A DNA stretch of 64,000 nucleotides, from NCBI GenBank assembly GCA_963740355.1, contig CAVUDW010000002.1, forward strand, positions 1,120,001 to 1,184,000, given 5' to 3'. This DNA comes from an uncultured Gemmatimonadaceae bacterium (GTDB lineage Bacteria > Gemmatimonadota > Gemmatimonadetes > Gemmatimonadales > Gemmatimonadaceae). Both the position numbers and the translations under genes were made by a program. Of the stretch, positions 40,086-51,300 are shown one piece after another; position 1 is the stretch's first letter, and every line of letters begins with the position of its first letter. The notes beneath the pieces were generated by a model. The model was given only the letters and a program-made list of their open reading frames with translations, ran no database searches and had not been told where the DNA came from.

Positions 40086-40859
40086 TCAGGCGGGCGGGGA
40101 CGCACCGAGCGGCAACACACTGACGCCCGCCACATGCAGCGCGGTGCGGATGCGCTCTGCAAACTGCGGCGCGCCCGGCGCGTCGCCATGGATGCAGATG
40201 GTCTCGGCCACAACTGCGACCTCAGTGCCATCGATGGCGCGGACGCGCTGTTCCCGCACCATGCGCACGGCGCGCTGCACTGCAACCTCGACGTCAGTGA
40301 CCATCGCGGACGGCTGGTGTCGCGGTACGAGCGTGCCATCGCCCTGGTAGTTGCGATCGGCAAATACTTCGCTCGATGTGCGCAGACCGAGTCGTGCGCC
40401 GGCGGCGATCAGCGCGCTGCCGGACAGTCCGACCAGCACCAGCGCCGCGTCGACGTCGAACACGGCGCGTGCAATGGCATCGGCGAGGTCGCGACGCACC
40501 GCAGCCATGTTGTAGAGCGCGCCGTGCGGCTTGACATGCTGCATCGACACACCGGCAGCAAAGGCCGTCGCCTGCAATGCACCGACCTGGTACACCACCA
40601 TGTCATACACTTCCTGCACCGTGACGGCGAGTTCGCGACGGCCGAACCCGACAAGGTCAGGGAGGCCGGGATGCGCCCCGACCGCCACGCGATGCGCGGC
40701 AGCCGCGTGCACGGTGGCGCGCATCACCGATGGATCACCGCCGTGAAATCCGCAGGCGATGTTGACGGACGACACATACGGCAACACGGCGGAGTCGTTG
40801 CCGATGGTCCAGGCACCGAAGCTTTCGCCCATGTCGCAATTCAGGTCAACGCGTGTCAT
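40086..40859 (-). CDS. pxpA: 5-oxoprolinase subunit A (LamB/YcsF)
   Basis: DLNCDMGESFG, NIACGFH, HVKPHGALYN, ICIHGD. Confidence 0.96.
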   Translation of the reverse strand: MTRVDLNCDMGESFGAWTIGNDSAVLPYVSSVNIACGFHGGDPSVMRATVHAAAAHRVAVGAHPGLPDLVGFGRRELAVTVQEVYDMVVYQVGALQATAFAAGVSMQHVKPHGALYNMAAVRRDLADAIARAVFDVDAALVLVGLSGSALIAAGARLGLRTSSEVFADRNYQGDGTLVPRHQPSAMVTDVEVAVQRAVRMVREQRVRAIDGTEVAVVAETICIHGDAPGAPQFAERIRTALHVAGVSVLPLGASPPA

Positions 40860-41850
40860 CGGAGCCCGGTGGAAAGCGGAGGTGAATGGCGCGGCGCGCG
40901 GTTGCCAGGTCATGCTCGCGGCGCCGCAGCAGGTCGTGCGCATCATCGAGTGCGATCGGTGCGAACGAGACGTGATCACCCGGACGCAACTGCGCGAGCA
41001 GCGGCAGGTCGACGGAGATCACATCGCCGAGGCGCGGATAGCCACCGGTGGTCTGCCGATCGGCCATCAGCACGATCAACGCGCCGCCGGGCGGGAGTTG
41101 CATGGTACCGGCGGTCACGCCAGACGACAGCATTTCGCGGGGAGTCGAAAGGGAAAGCAGGTGGCCAGTGAGGCGGAATCCCATCCGGTCCGATTCCGGT
41201 GCGATGCGAAAGGTGTCACCGAGCAGCAGGGCACGCGACGCGTCCGTCATTTCCTCGAATTCAGGCCCGTGGATGAAACGCACCGTGGGTGCGGCCGCGT
41301 ACGACGGCAGCAGCGCCGGGCTGGCACTCCAGTTTGCGACGGCGCGACCGCGCTGCTCGAGGTGGCGGGCGATGCGCTCCCCGAGGGCTGTCGGCTCACC
41401 GACCGGCAGTACATCGTTGCGACGCAGCGCGCGCCCCTCCCATCCCCCAAACGCGGCCCGCAACGACGTTCCACGCCCATCGAGCACCACGCGCACGTCG
41501 AGCCCACCGGCAAAGGCAATCGTGGTGCGGCATCCGGTGTGAATCACCAACACCTGCCCGGTGTGCGCGAGGAACGGCCGCCACGCAGGAATCGGCGTCC
41601 CGTCGAGCGAGGCCGTGATGTCGCGTCCCGCGAGCGCCACCAGCGCCGCCGCATCGAACTGCAGTGCCACGCCGCCGAGCGTGCACTCGAGCGCAGCGGC
41701 GTCGTCGTCATTTCCCACCAGCAGGTTCGCTATCCGATGTGCACAGGGGTCCATCGCGCCGCCAACCGGTACGCCGATGTGCTGCCATCCCGGTCGTCCC
41801 AGGTCCTGCACGGTGGCCTGAATCCCGGGTTGACGCACCGTGATGCTCAC
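40846..41850 (-). CDS. pxpC: 5-oxoprolinase subunit C
   Basis: TVQDLGR, GGAMD, SDRMGFRL, QTTGGYP. Confidence 0.94.
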   Translation of the reverse strand: MSITVRQPGIQATVQDLGRPGWQHIGVPVGGAMDPCAHRIANLLVGNDDDAAALECTLGGVALQFDAAALVALAGRDITASLDGTPIPAWRPFLAHTGQVLVIHTGCRTTIAFAGGLDVRVVLDGRGTSLRAAFGGWEGRALRRNDVLPVGEPTALGERIARHLEQRGRAVANWSASPALLPSYAAAPTVRFIHGPEFEEMTDASRALLLGDTFRIAPESDRMGFRLTGHLLSLSTPREMLSSGVTAGTMQLPPGGALIVLMADRQTTGGYPRLGDVISVDLPLLAQLRPGDHVSFAPIALDDAHDLLRRREHDLATARRAIHLRFPPGSDDTR

Positions 41851-42533
41851 GCGCGTTCCTCGGCGGCGTCGTACGCCTCGCGCGAGATGGCAACGAAGCG
41901 CACACGATCGCCCGCCTGCAGCAGCGCGGGTGGGGTGCGCGTGGGTGCAAACAGTGCCAGCGGTGTGCGGCCGATGAGATGCCAACCACCAGGTGAGCTG
42001 CACGGGTAGATGCCGGTGCTGCTGCCGCCAATGCCAACACTGCCCACCGGCACCTTGGTGCGCGGCGACGAACGCCGTGGCGTATGCAGCGCGGGATCGA
42101 GGCCATCGAGATATGGGAAGCCCGGCAGGAATCCGATCATTGCGACGGTGTAGTCGCCGGCGGTGTGCGCGGCCACGATCGCGTCGCTGGTCGTGGCATG
42201 CGCCGCCGCCACATCCTCGAGATCGGGGCCGAACTCTCCGCCGTAACAAACCGGAATCACCACTGGCGTCCGCGGGGCGTCCTCCGTGATCTCGAGCGTG
42301 TCGAGGGTCTGCCCGAGATAGTGCTCGAGCGTCCTGAAATCGGTGTGGACGGGATCGTAGTGGAGTGTGAGGGCCCGAATGGCCGGGACGAGGCCACTCA
42401 CGCCCACCGGGCGCTCGGTTCGGAGTCGCGCCGTGAGGCTCCGGATGAGCGCGCGGGCCGGCGCGCCGTCGGCGTCGGGGAACTCGATCGTGAGTGCGCG
42501 ATCGCCGAGAGGGACAACGGTGCGGGGGCGCAT
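41847..42533 (-). CDS. pxpB: 5-oxoprolinase subunit B
   Basis: PLGDRAL, IPVCYGG, GFLPGFPYL, SPGGWHLIGRT. Confidence 0.95.
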   Translation of the reverse strand: MRPRTVVPLGDRALTIEFPDADGAPARALIRSLTARLRTERPVGVSGLVPAIRALTLHYDPVHTDFRTLEHYLGQTLDTLEITEDAPRTPVVIPVCYGGEFGPDLEDVAAAHATTSDAIVAAHTAGDYTVAMIGFLPGFPYLDGLDPALHTPRRSSPRTKVPVGSVGIGGSSTGIYPCSSPGGWHLIGRTPLALFAPTRTPPALLQAGDRVRFVAISREAYDAAEERA

Positions 42534-42625
42534 GGTCGGCACAGTATGCCCGTGCGGCACGGCGGGCGCGAGGCACCACGTCGATACATCAGGGCTGTCT
42601 GCCACGTGCATGATTGCCTGACGGG

Positions 42626-42637
42626 GTAACCGGTTAC
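42626..42637. promoter_or_regulatory. Perfect palindrome GTAACCGGTTAC, candidate operator
   Basis: 12-bp palindrome in the divergent pxpB/pcs intergenic region. Confidence 0.45.
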
Positions 42638-42778
42638 TCCTCTGTTGTAACGCGAGGACTGGCAGTTTCGTCCTTGCCAGCACTGCTGGCACCCGACTTG
42701 TTTTGTCTGTTCACGTCGGGGTAGCCGCCGTGGTCGAATGTGCTGCACATCTTCCCGCCACCGCCCGGAGTAGCCGGC

Positions 42779-45700
42779 ATGGCCGTACTGGCAGATCCAT
42801 CCCTCGTCGATTCGACGGGGCCCCGCGTCGTGTCGCCACCTCAGGCGCGCCGCAATCCGATCCGGTCGCGCACCGACTGGGAGCGCATGCGGGCCGAGTG
42901 CCTCGCCGATCCGGGTCGCTTCCACGGCGAAATTGCGAAGCGTGAGCTGCACTGGTTCCATCCCGAGGTGGGACCCAACGGAGCCTGGATCACGTGGGAT
43001 GACGCCGCAAAGCAGTGGACCGGATGGGACGCTGCCACGGGTTTGGCCGTCGAGCCGGGCCTTGCCGCCGACTTCACACCGTGGAGCCGTGCCTTCAATG
43101 GCGACGCGGCCCCATTCTGGCGCTGGTTCGAAGGGGCGCTGACGAATGCGGGCTTCAACGAAGTGGATCGCCATGTGCTGGCGGGCCATGGGGATGAAGC
43201 GGCCCTGATCTTCGAAGGCGACCGGTGGGACATGTCGGTGGACAATGGTCGCGGTGGTCCGGTGGACTGTTATCCGGTCTCCCGTCGCACGCTGATGCTG
43301 GAAGCGGCCAAGTGTTCGATCGCGCTCGGGGCACTCGGTGTGAAGCGTGGCGATCGCATCGCGCTCAACATGCCGAACATTCCGGCGCAGCTGTTCTGGA
43401 CGGAAGGGGCAAAGCGAATCGGCGTGGTGTACACGCCAGTGTTCGGCGGATTCAGCGACAAGACGTTGAGCGATCGCATTCATGATGCGGGCGCGCGTGT
43501 GGTGATCACCTGCGACGGCGGCTATCGCAACGCGCAGATCGTCCCGTTCAAGACCGCATACACCGATCCAGCACTCGACGACTATGTCCCGCTGACATCG
43601 GCGCGCGGTGTCGTGGCCGAGACGCTGCAGGCGCTGCAACTGACGCCCGCCCGCATTGCGACATTGCTCGAGGCGATCGACGAGACGCTGGCCGGTGAGA
43701 TCACGGTGCAGCGCAGCGACGTGATGCGCGGAGTGGGTCGCGCCCTGCAGAAGTTGTCGGATGCGCATGACCTCCCCGCAAGCGAGGCGAGCCGGGTGCG
43801 CACCGCGATCGCCGCGGCGCTCGTCTCAACACCGCCACGCGTCGATGCGGTGGTGGTCGTGAAGCACAGTGGCATCGATGACATCGTGTGGCGCGAGGAG
43901 CGCGACCGTTGGAGCCACACGCTCACCGATGCGGCGCTGGAATCGATCCTCACAGCGGCGCGTGGCATCGGCATCGTGGTCGCATCGGAAGCCGAGTTGC
44001 TGGCATTGCCGGACGCGGAGTTCGTGCGCGCGATCTGGAGCGCGAGCGCGCCCGCGCCGCTGGATGCCGAGTTCCCACTGTTCTTCATCTACACCTCAGG
44101 CTCCACAGGCAAGCCGAAGGGCGTGGTCCATGTGCACGGCGGATACACCTCGGGCATCGCCTACTCGATGCGCGTGGCGTTCGACGCTGCGCCGGGCGAC
44201 GTGATGTACGTGGTGGCCGACCCGGGTTGGATCACAGGCCAGAGCTACATGATCTCGGCGGCACTCACGACCCGCGTCACGAGTGTGTTCACCGAAGGCG
44301 CGCCTGTCTTTCCGCACGCCGGTCGCTTCGCCTCGATCATCGAACGACACAAGGTCAGCATCTTCAAGGCCGGTGCGACGTTCCTCAAGAGCATCATGCA
44401 GGACCACCAGAACGCGGAGGACGTGCGTCGCTACGACCTGTCCACACTCCGCGTGTGCACGTTCTGCGCAGAACCCGTGTCGCCGGTGGTGCAGCAATTC
44501 GGCATGGACCTGCTGGCACCGTGGTACATCAATTCGTACTGGGCCACTGAGCACGGCGGCATCGCGTGGACGCACTTCTACGGGAACGGCGACTTCCCGC
44601 TGCGTGCCGATGCGCATACCTATGCGCTGCCCTGGATCGTGGGCGATGTGTGGACGGAGGCCTCCGTCGATGACGTGAATCCCGAGGCGCCACTGGCGTT
44701 GTATCGGCGGGCTGGTGACACCGGTACCGCGTTCCGGCGCGCCGCGCTGGACGAGAAGGGCGAGATCGTGATCTCGGCGCCGTATCCGTACCTGGCGCGG
44801 ACGGTGTGGGGCGACAGCGAACACTTCACCGTGGATGGAGCTCGCGTCTCACCGGCATGGCAGGGAGACATCGCGCGCTGGACCAGCACCTACTGGTCGC
44901 GCTGGAAAGGCGCGTGGGCCTATACGCAGGGCGACTTCGCGGTGCGGTACGCCGACGGGTCGTTCTCGCTGCATGGTCGCAGCGATGACGTGATCAACGT
45001 CTCGGGCCATCGCATGGGGACCGAGGAGATCGAGGGGGCGATCCTCCGGCACCGGCAGCTGGATCCCGACTCACCGGTGGGCAACGTGATCGTCGTGGGT
45101 GCGCCACATCGCGAGAAGGGATTGACGCCGCTTGCGTTCGTGAAGCCCAGCGCCGGCCGCACACTCACGCAGGACGACAAGCGCCGCCTGACGGAGTTGG
45201 TGCGCTTCGAGAAGGGTGCTGTCGCGGTACCGAGCGATTTCATCGAGGTCACCCAGTTCCCCGAGACGCGCAGTGGCAAGTACGTCCGCCGCATGGTGCG
45301 CGCCTTGGTGGAAGGCACCGATGTGGGCGACACCAGCACCCTGCGCAACCCGGAGTCGATTGGCGAGTTGCAGAAGGCGATCGCGGAATGGCAGCGACGC
45401 CAGAAGCTCTCGGAAGAGCAGCAGCTCTTCGAGCGCTACCGGTACTTCCGCGTGCAGTACAACACGCTCGCGCGCGGCGCCAAGGTGGCGACGGTCTACG
45501 TCACGAATCCGCCAGTGAACGCCCTCAACGAGCGAGCGCTGGACGAACTGAACATCGTGGTCGATCACCTCGCGCGGCGCGACGACGTGAAGGCCGTGGT
45601 CTTCACCGGCGACGGCACGTCATCGTTCGTGGCCGGTGCCGACATCCGGCAGTTCCTCGATGAGATACACACGCTGGAACAGGCGCGGGTGCTGCCGAAC

Positions 45701-48310
45701 AATGCGCAACTGGCGTTCCGCCGCATCGAGCGGATGGGCAAGCCGTGCATCGCGGCCATCCAGGGCGTGGCCCTCGGCGGCGGCATGGAGTTCGCGCTCG
45801 CCTGTCACTATCGCGTGGCGGAGCCCTACTCACAATTCGGTCAGCCGGAGATTCGCCTGCGGCTGCTGCCTGGCTACGGTGGCACCCAACGCTTGCCGCG
45901 GCTCCTCGCCGACCGTCGCGGGGCCGCGGGTGTGCGCGATGCGCTCGAGATGCTGCTCAGTGGTCGCAACGTGGACGGCGAACAGGCGCAGGAAATCGGA
46001 CTGGTGGACGAACTCAGTTCGGCCAGCAGCGATGTCCTGTCGTGCGCTCACGCCCGTGTGCGCGAGTGGTATCGCACCGGCGACGCGAGCGTGCTGGGGA
46101 AGGCACATCTCGGGCGGCTGGCCCAGGCGGATGCGTGGAATGAGCCAGCCACGATCGATCTCGATACGGTGCTTGCAGACAAGCATCTGCTGAACGTGCT
46201 CACGCAACTGACATGGGCGGAGCGTGCGATGGCCGGCGCACGTGTGCTCGACGCCGTGCGCACGGGATGGGCACAAGGGTTGGATGCAGGCCTGATCCGC
46301 GAAGCCGAGCTGTTCGCCGAAGGGGTCGTGGACCCGAACGGCGGCAAGGCCGGCATTCGGCAGTTCCTCGACAAGCAGAGTGCACCGTTGCCGATCAAGC
46401 GCGACGGCGTGCGACTGGTGAGCGAACAACAGGAATTCATCAAGTCGCGCCTGGCGGAGGGTGAGCTCCTCCGTGTCGGCGCGCCTTTCTATCCGGGCGT
46501 GACACAGATCCCGTCGTGGCAGTTTGCGTTCGGTGTGCCCAAGGACCAGAAGACGGGCGCCCCGCGGTTCGGTCCGCCGAACGTCGCCGAGCAGGAACTG
46601 ATCGTGCCAGTGGGCGAGCCGGGCGCGATGGAGGCGCTGGTCTACGTGCTGGCCTCGGAGGTGAACTTCAACGACATCTGGGCCATCACCGGTATCCCGG
46701 TGTCAAGCTTCGACAATCACGACCTCGATGTGCAGGTGACGGGGTCAGGCGGGCTCGGATTGGTCGCCGCACTTGGCAGTGATGCGAAGAGTGAAGGGCG
46801 ATTGAAGGTCGGCGACCTGGTGGCGATCTACAGTGGCCAGAGTGACCTGCTGTCACCGTTGGCGGCGCGTGATCCGATGTACGCCGACTTCGCCATCCAG
46901 GGATACGAGACGGACTTCGGCAGCCACTCACAGTTCATCGTGACACAGGCGCCGCAGCTGAACCCGATCCCGGGCGACCTGACTCTCGAGCAGGCTGGTT
47001 CGTACATCCTCAACCTCGGCACCATCGTGCGTGCCTTGTTCACGACGCTCAGGATCGAGGCCGGAAAGACGATGTTCGTCGAAGGTTCGGCCACCGGCAC
47101 CGGGCTCGAGGCGCTCAAGACCGCACTCAAAACCGGGGTGCAGGTGACGGGCCTCGTCTCGAGCAGTGAGCGTGCCGCTGCCGTGCGCGCGCTCGGCGCC
47201 ACCGCGACGCTGGATCGCAAGGATGCCCGCTTCGCCGACCTCTTCACCGTGGTACCGGAGGACGAGGCGGGGACGCGCGCCTGGCTCGCCGCGGGCGAAG
47301 TGCTGTGCGCCGAGTATCGCGCGCAGAATAACGGCCGCCTCGCAGACTACGTGGTGTCGCATGCTGGCGAGACGGCCTTTCCGCGGTCGTTCCAGCTGCT
47401 CGAACAGGGCGGCGAGTTGACGTTCTATGGTGCGTCGAGCGGCTATCACTTCACCTTCGTCGGCAAGTCGGGCACCTCGTCACCGGAAGCCATGCTGCGA
47501 CGTGCGGCGCTCCGCGCCGGCGAGGCCGTGCTGGTGTTCTATGGGCCACGCACCCGTGAACTCGTCGACCGCGTTGGACTCGAGATGATCGAAGCCGTGC
47601 GCGCGCTGCGTGGACGGTGTGTGGTGGCCACGACCACCGATGGTCAGCGGGAGTTCCTGCAGTCGCTGGGCTTCGAGGACGCCATTGCCGGTGTGGTGTC
47701 GCTGGAGGAGATCGGCCGGCGGAGCTCCGAGTTCGAGTGGCCGCTCACCATGCCTCGACTCCCCGATGCCAAGCAGCACACGGAGCGCTTCCGCCAATCG
47801 GTGCGTGATTTCCAGGATCACACGCTGAAGCCATTCGGTGCGGCGGTGGGCAAGCTGCTCCGCTCGCCGGACAACCCTCGCGGCGCACCGGACCTGATCA
47901 TGGAGCGCGCAGGGCATGATGCGCTCGGTGTGTCGACGTCGCTGGTCAAGCCGTTCACCGGCCGGGTGGTCTACTGCGAGGAAATGGAGGGCAAGCGGTA
48001 CGCGTTCTATGCACCGCAGGTGTGGACGCGGCAACGCAAGATTCTCATGCCCACCGCATCGATCCTTGGCACGCACCTCACGAATGCGTTCGAGGTGACG
48101 CGCATGAACGACATGATCTCGGCGGGGCTGCTCGACATCACGCCACCGACCGTGGTGCCGTGGCACGACTTGCCGACGGCCCACCAGGCGATGTGGGAGA
48201 ACAAGCACGCTGGCGCCAACTATCTCGTGAACCATGCGCTCCCCGCGCTTGGCTTGCGCAGCAAGGACGCGTTGCTGGAAGCGTGGGCGGCTACGGAGCA
48301 GGAATCATGA
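42779..48310 (+). CDS. pcs: Trifunctional propionyl-CoA synthase (3HP-CoA ligase, dehydratase, acrylyl-CoA reductase)
   Basis: ACS domain YTSGSTGKPKG and PETRSGK; crotonase GGGMEFAL and GQPE; Ccr-like ASEVNFND, GYET, GTH; GGAG RBS; ~1840 aa. Confidence 0.95.
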   Translation: MAVLADPSLVDSTGPRVVSPPQARRNPIRSRTDWERMRAECLADPGRFHGEIAKRELHWFHPEVGPNGAWITWDDAAKQWTGWDAATGLAVEPGLAADFTPWSRAFNGDAAPFWRWFEGALTNAGFNEVDRHVLAGHGDEAALIFEGDRWDMSVDNGRGGPVDCYPVSRRTLMLEAAKCSIALGALGVKRGDRIALNMPNIPAQLFWTEGAKRIGVVYTPVFGGFSDKTLSDRIHDAGARVVITCDGGYRNAQIVPFKTAYTDPALDDYVPLTSARGVVAETLQALQLTPARIATLLEAIDETLAGEITVQRSDVMRGVGRALQKLSDAHDLPASEASRVRTAIAAALVSTPPRVDAVVVVKHSGIDDIVWREERDRWSHTLTDAALESILTAARGIGIVVASEAELLALPDAEFVRAIWSASAPAPLDAEFPLFFIYTSGSTGKPKGVVHVHGGYTSGIAYSMRVAFDAAPGDVMYVVADPGWITGQSYMISAALTTRVTSVFTEGAPVFPHAGRFASIIERHKVSIFKAGATFLKSIMQDHQNAEDVRRYDLSTLRVCTFCAEPVSPVVQQFGMDLLAPWYINSYWATEHGGIAWTHFYGNGDFPLRADAHTYALPWIVGDVWTEASVDDVNPEAPLALYRRAGDTGTAFRRAALDEKGEIVISAPYPYLARTVWGDSEHFTVDGARVSPAWQGDIARWTSTYWSRWKGAWAYTQGDFAVRYADGSFSLHGRSDDVINVSGHRMGTEEIEGAILRHRQLDPDSPVGNVIVVGAPHREKGLTPLAFVKPSAGRTLTQDDKRRLTELVRFEKGAVAVPSDFIEVTQFPETRSGKYVRRMVRALVEGTDVGDTSTLRNPESIGELQKAIAEWQRRQKLSEEQQLFERYRYFRVQYNTLARGAKVATVYVTNPPVNALNERALDELNIVVDHLARRDDVKAVVFTGDGTSSFVAGADIRQFLDEIHTLEQARVLPNNAQLAFRRIERMGKPCIAAIQGVALGGGMEFALACHYRVAEPYSQFGQPEIRLRLLPGYGGTQRLPRLLADRRGAAGVRDALEMLLSGRNVDGEQAQEIGLVDELSSASSDVLSCAHARVREWYRTGDASVLGKAHLGRLAQADAWNEPATIDLDTVLADKHLLNVLTQLTWAERAMAGARVLDAVRTGWAQGLDAGLIREAELFAEGVVDPNGGKAGIRQFLDKQSAPLPIKRDGVRLVSEQQEFIKSRLAEGELLRVGAPFYPGVTQIPSWQFAFGVPKDQKTGAPRFGPPNVAEQELIVPVGEPGAMEALVYVLASEVNFNDIWAITGIPVSSFDNHDLDVQVTGSGGLGLVAALGSDAKSEGRLKVGDLVAIYSGQSDLLSPLAARDPMYADFAIQGYETDFGSHSQFIVTQAPQLNPIPGDLTLEQAGSYILNLGTIVRALFTTLRIEAGKTMFVEGSATGTGLEALKTALKTGVQVTGLVSSSERAAAVRALGATATLDRKDARFADLFTVVPEDEAGTRAWLAAGEVLCAEYRAQNNGRLADYVVSHAGETAFPRSFQLLEQGGELTFYGASSGYHFTFVGKSGTSSPEAMLRRAALRAGEAVLVFYGPRTRELVDRVGLEMIEAVRALRGRCVVATTTDGQREFLQSLGFEDAIAGVVSLEEIGRRSSEFEWPLTMPRLPDAKQHTERFRQSVRDFQDHTLKPFGAAVGKLLRSPDNPRGAPDLIMERAGHDALGVSTSLVKPFTGRVVYCEEMEGKRYAFYAPQVWTRQRKILMPTASILGTHLTNAFEVTRMNDMISAGLLDITPPTVVPWHDLPTAHQAMWENKHAGANYLVNHALPALGLRSKDALLEAWAATEQES

Positions 48311-51300
48311 GCGCACAGCCTGAGGGAACGTTGACACAGCCAGCACTTGGAGAGGCAATGGAGGCGACGGGTCGCGAGGGGCGTCTGAGCGGGAAGGTGG
48401 CACTGGTGACGGGTGCCGCCGGCAACCTTGGCGGCCACATCACTCGCCACTACCTGCGCGAAGGCGCCACGGTGATCCTCACTGGTCGCGAGCGCAATCG
48501 CGTCGAGGCGGCGCGACTCGACGCCATCCAGCAGACTGGTGTTCCCGATGACCGCGCCACCATCGTGACGCTCGACGGCGCCGATCCGGTGTCGGTGCGC
48601 GCCGCCTTCGCTGAGGCGATCGCGACGCATGGGCGCATCGACATCGTGGTGAACAACGCTGGCTCGGCCGGACCGCGACAGCCGTTGCGCAACGTGCCGA
48701 TCACGCGAGACGAGCTGGATGCACTGCGCGCCGCGGGATCGACCGACAGCGAGACGGTGGGTGATGCCATGCGCAGCATTCTCGGCGTCGCCTGGCATGT
48801 GGCCAACGCCGCCGCGCGGGTGATGCAGCCGGGCGGATCGGTGATCAACATCTCGACGATCTTCTCGCGCACCGAGTACTACGCGCGCTCTCCATACGTC
48901 GTCCCGAAGGCAGCGCTGAACGCGCTCTCACGTCAGCTGTCGTTCGAGCTGGGTGAGCGTGGCATTCGCGTAAACACGATCTATCCGGGGCCGATCCGCT
49001 CCGAGCGCATCCAGACCGTGTTTGCCGCGATGGACAAGATGCGCGGCGACGAACCGGGCACCACGGCGACGAGCTTCACCGGGTTGATGTCGCTGAAGCG
49101 GGCTGGCGAGGATCCCGCGGCGGGGCGCACCTTCCCGACACCGAAGGATGTTGCGAACACCTGTGTCTTCCTTGGCAGCGACGAGTCGGCCGCGTTCAAT
49201 GGGCACGACTTCGAGGTGACGCACGGCATGTGGGTGCGCAAGGAGAGCCGCTCGGAGTTCGTCTCGCGGCCGACGATGCGCACCGTGGATGGCAGTGGAC
49301 TCTCGGTGCTGGTCGCGTGCGGCGATGCCCTCGATGACGGCCTCGCGGTGGCGCGGATGCAGGCGGAGGTGGGTGCGGCCGTGCTGCTCGGCGTGCCGCG
49401 GGATGCGGACGTGGTGGCGATTCAGTCACAGCTCGAGTCGCGGGGCCATGACGCACAGATTCGCGTCGCCCGTTTCGACCGCAGTCAGCCGGCCATCATG
49501 GAGCAGGCGCTCAGCGACGGCCCAGCCGGCGGCGGCCCGATTCATGGTGCGATCATCCTGCCGGCCTTCGGTCCTGAGCGTTTTCGCGGGCTGGTGTCAG
49601 AAGCGCCCGACGACGACATCGAGACCTTCATCGACAACGAGCTCACCGGCGCAATCGCGCTGGCGCGCACGCTGAGCCGGTACTGGAGCGCTCGCACCGA
49701 CCTGCCGCGCAATCCGCGGTTCGTGATGATGTCGAACGGCCACGACGGCGCGTACAACTCGTACGCCGACATGATTCGTGCGGCACTCGAGTCGCTCACG
49801 CGTGTGTGGCGCGACGAGACCAAGGTCGATGTGAAGCATGGGCGGCGGCAGTGGATCGAGTGGGGCAACCAGATCATCCGCTACGGCAACACCGAACCGG
49901 AGAACCGTCGCTTTGCGGCCGGGCAGGCGGCGCGCCTCATCTACACCGATCGACGCATCCCGCAGGTGAACCTGTACATGCCGAAGTCGATCGTGAAGGC
50001 GACAGGCGCCAAGCGTTCGATGGTCGGATTCATGGAAAACATCACCGGCCTCCATCTCGGCAAGGTGGCACTGATCACCGGTGGATCGGCTGGCATTGGC
50101 GGACAGGTGGCGCGATTGCTGGCGATGGGCGGCGCCCGCGTGATGCTGGTGGCACGTCGCGAAAGCGAGCTGGAAGTGATGCGCTCACAGATCGTCGGTG
50201 AACTGGAAGACGTCGGCTACAGCGGCGCGGATCGCCGCGTTCTGACGATGGCTGGTGTGGACGTGGGTGATGTCTCGACGTTGCGGCGCGCCGTGGAAGG
50301 CACGTTGGCGGCCTTCGGTCGCATCGACTACCTGATCAACAACGCCGGTGTGTCAGGGGCAGAAGAGATGGTGGTCGACATGAGCCTCGATGCGTGGCGC
50401 TATACGCTCGACGCAAACCTCGTGTCGAATTATGCCCTGCTGAAGGAAGTGGTGCCGGTGATGCGGAAGCAGGGCAGCGGCTACATCCTCAACGTGTCGA
50501 GTTACTTCGGTGGCGAGAAGCACCTCGCCGTGGCGTATCCCAATCGTGCCGATTACGCAGTGTCGAAGGCCGGCCAGCGGGCGCTGGTCGAGACGCTCGC
50601 CCGTCACCTCGGGCCGGAGATCCAGATCAATGCGATCGCGCCAGGGCCTGTCGATGGTGATCGGTTGCGCGGCCTGGGCGGCAAGCCCGGGTTGTTCATG
50701 CGACGCGGCCGGCTGATCCTCGAGAACAAGCGCCTGAACGCGATCCACGCTGCGGTGGTGAAGACGGTGCGACGCGGGTTGCGCGTGGAGGCCGTGCTGG
50801 AGCGGCTGGCGGCGAACGATGTGCCTCTGCTCGTGGCGGATGCGGACGTGCCGCGCGAACTGCGCGACCTCGCGCTCCAGTGCCAGTCGGAAGGCGCTGA
50901 GGGATCGACGTGGGGCGCGTATCTCATGACGCCATTGATTGCAGCGCACCTCGTCGATCGACTGGAGCTGGGGGGCATCTTTCTCGACGCCGGTGACTGG
51001 ATTGCACCCACCGGCGACAGCTGGCTGCGCCGGACGCCGCCTGAGGAGACGCCGTTCCTCCCTGCGGCGATGATCACACGGGAAGCGGAGAAGGTGAATC
51101 GCGGTGTGATGTCGCTGCTGCACTTGCGGCGCATGCCAACCGAGGCGGAGGTCGCGCTGGCGACCGTGTTCTTCCTTGCCGATCGCGCCGTCAGCGGCGA
51201 GACCTTCATGCCGTCAGGTGGCTTGAACCTCGAGCGCTCGATCACGGATCGCGAACTGTTCGGCAGCGCGAAGCGTGAACGACTGGATCAGTTGCGCGGG

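Noticed and set aside
37390..42533. pxp operon with DUF969/979/2891 as a novel system
   Set aside because: Association of these DUFs with 5-oxoprolinase genes is already known
48022..48306. Longer mcr start given in the ORF track
   Set aside because: Overlaps the pcs C-terminus; ATG 48307 has an RBS and ATGA coupling
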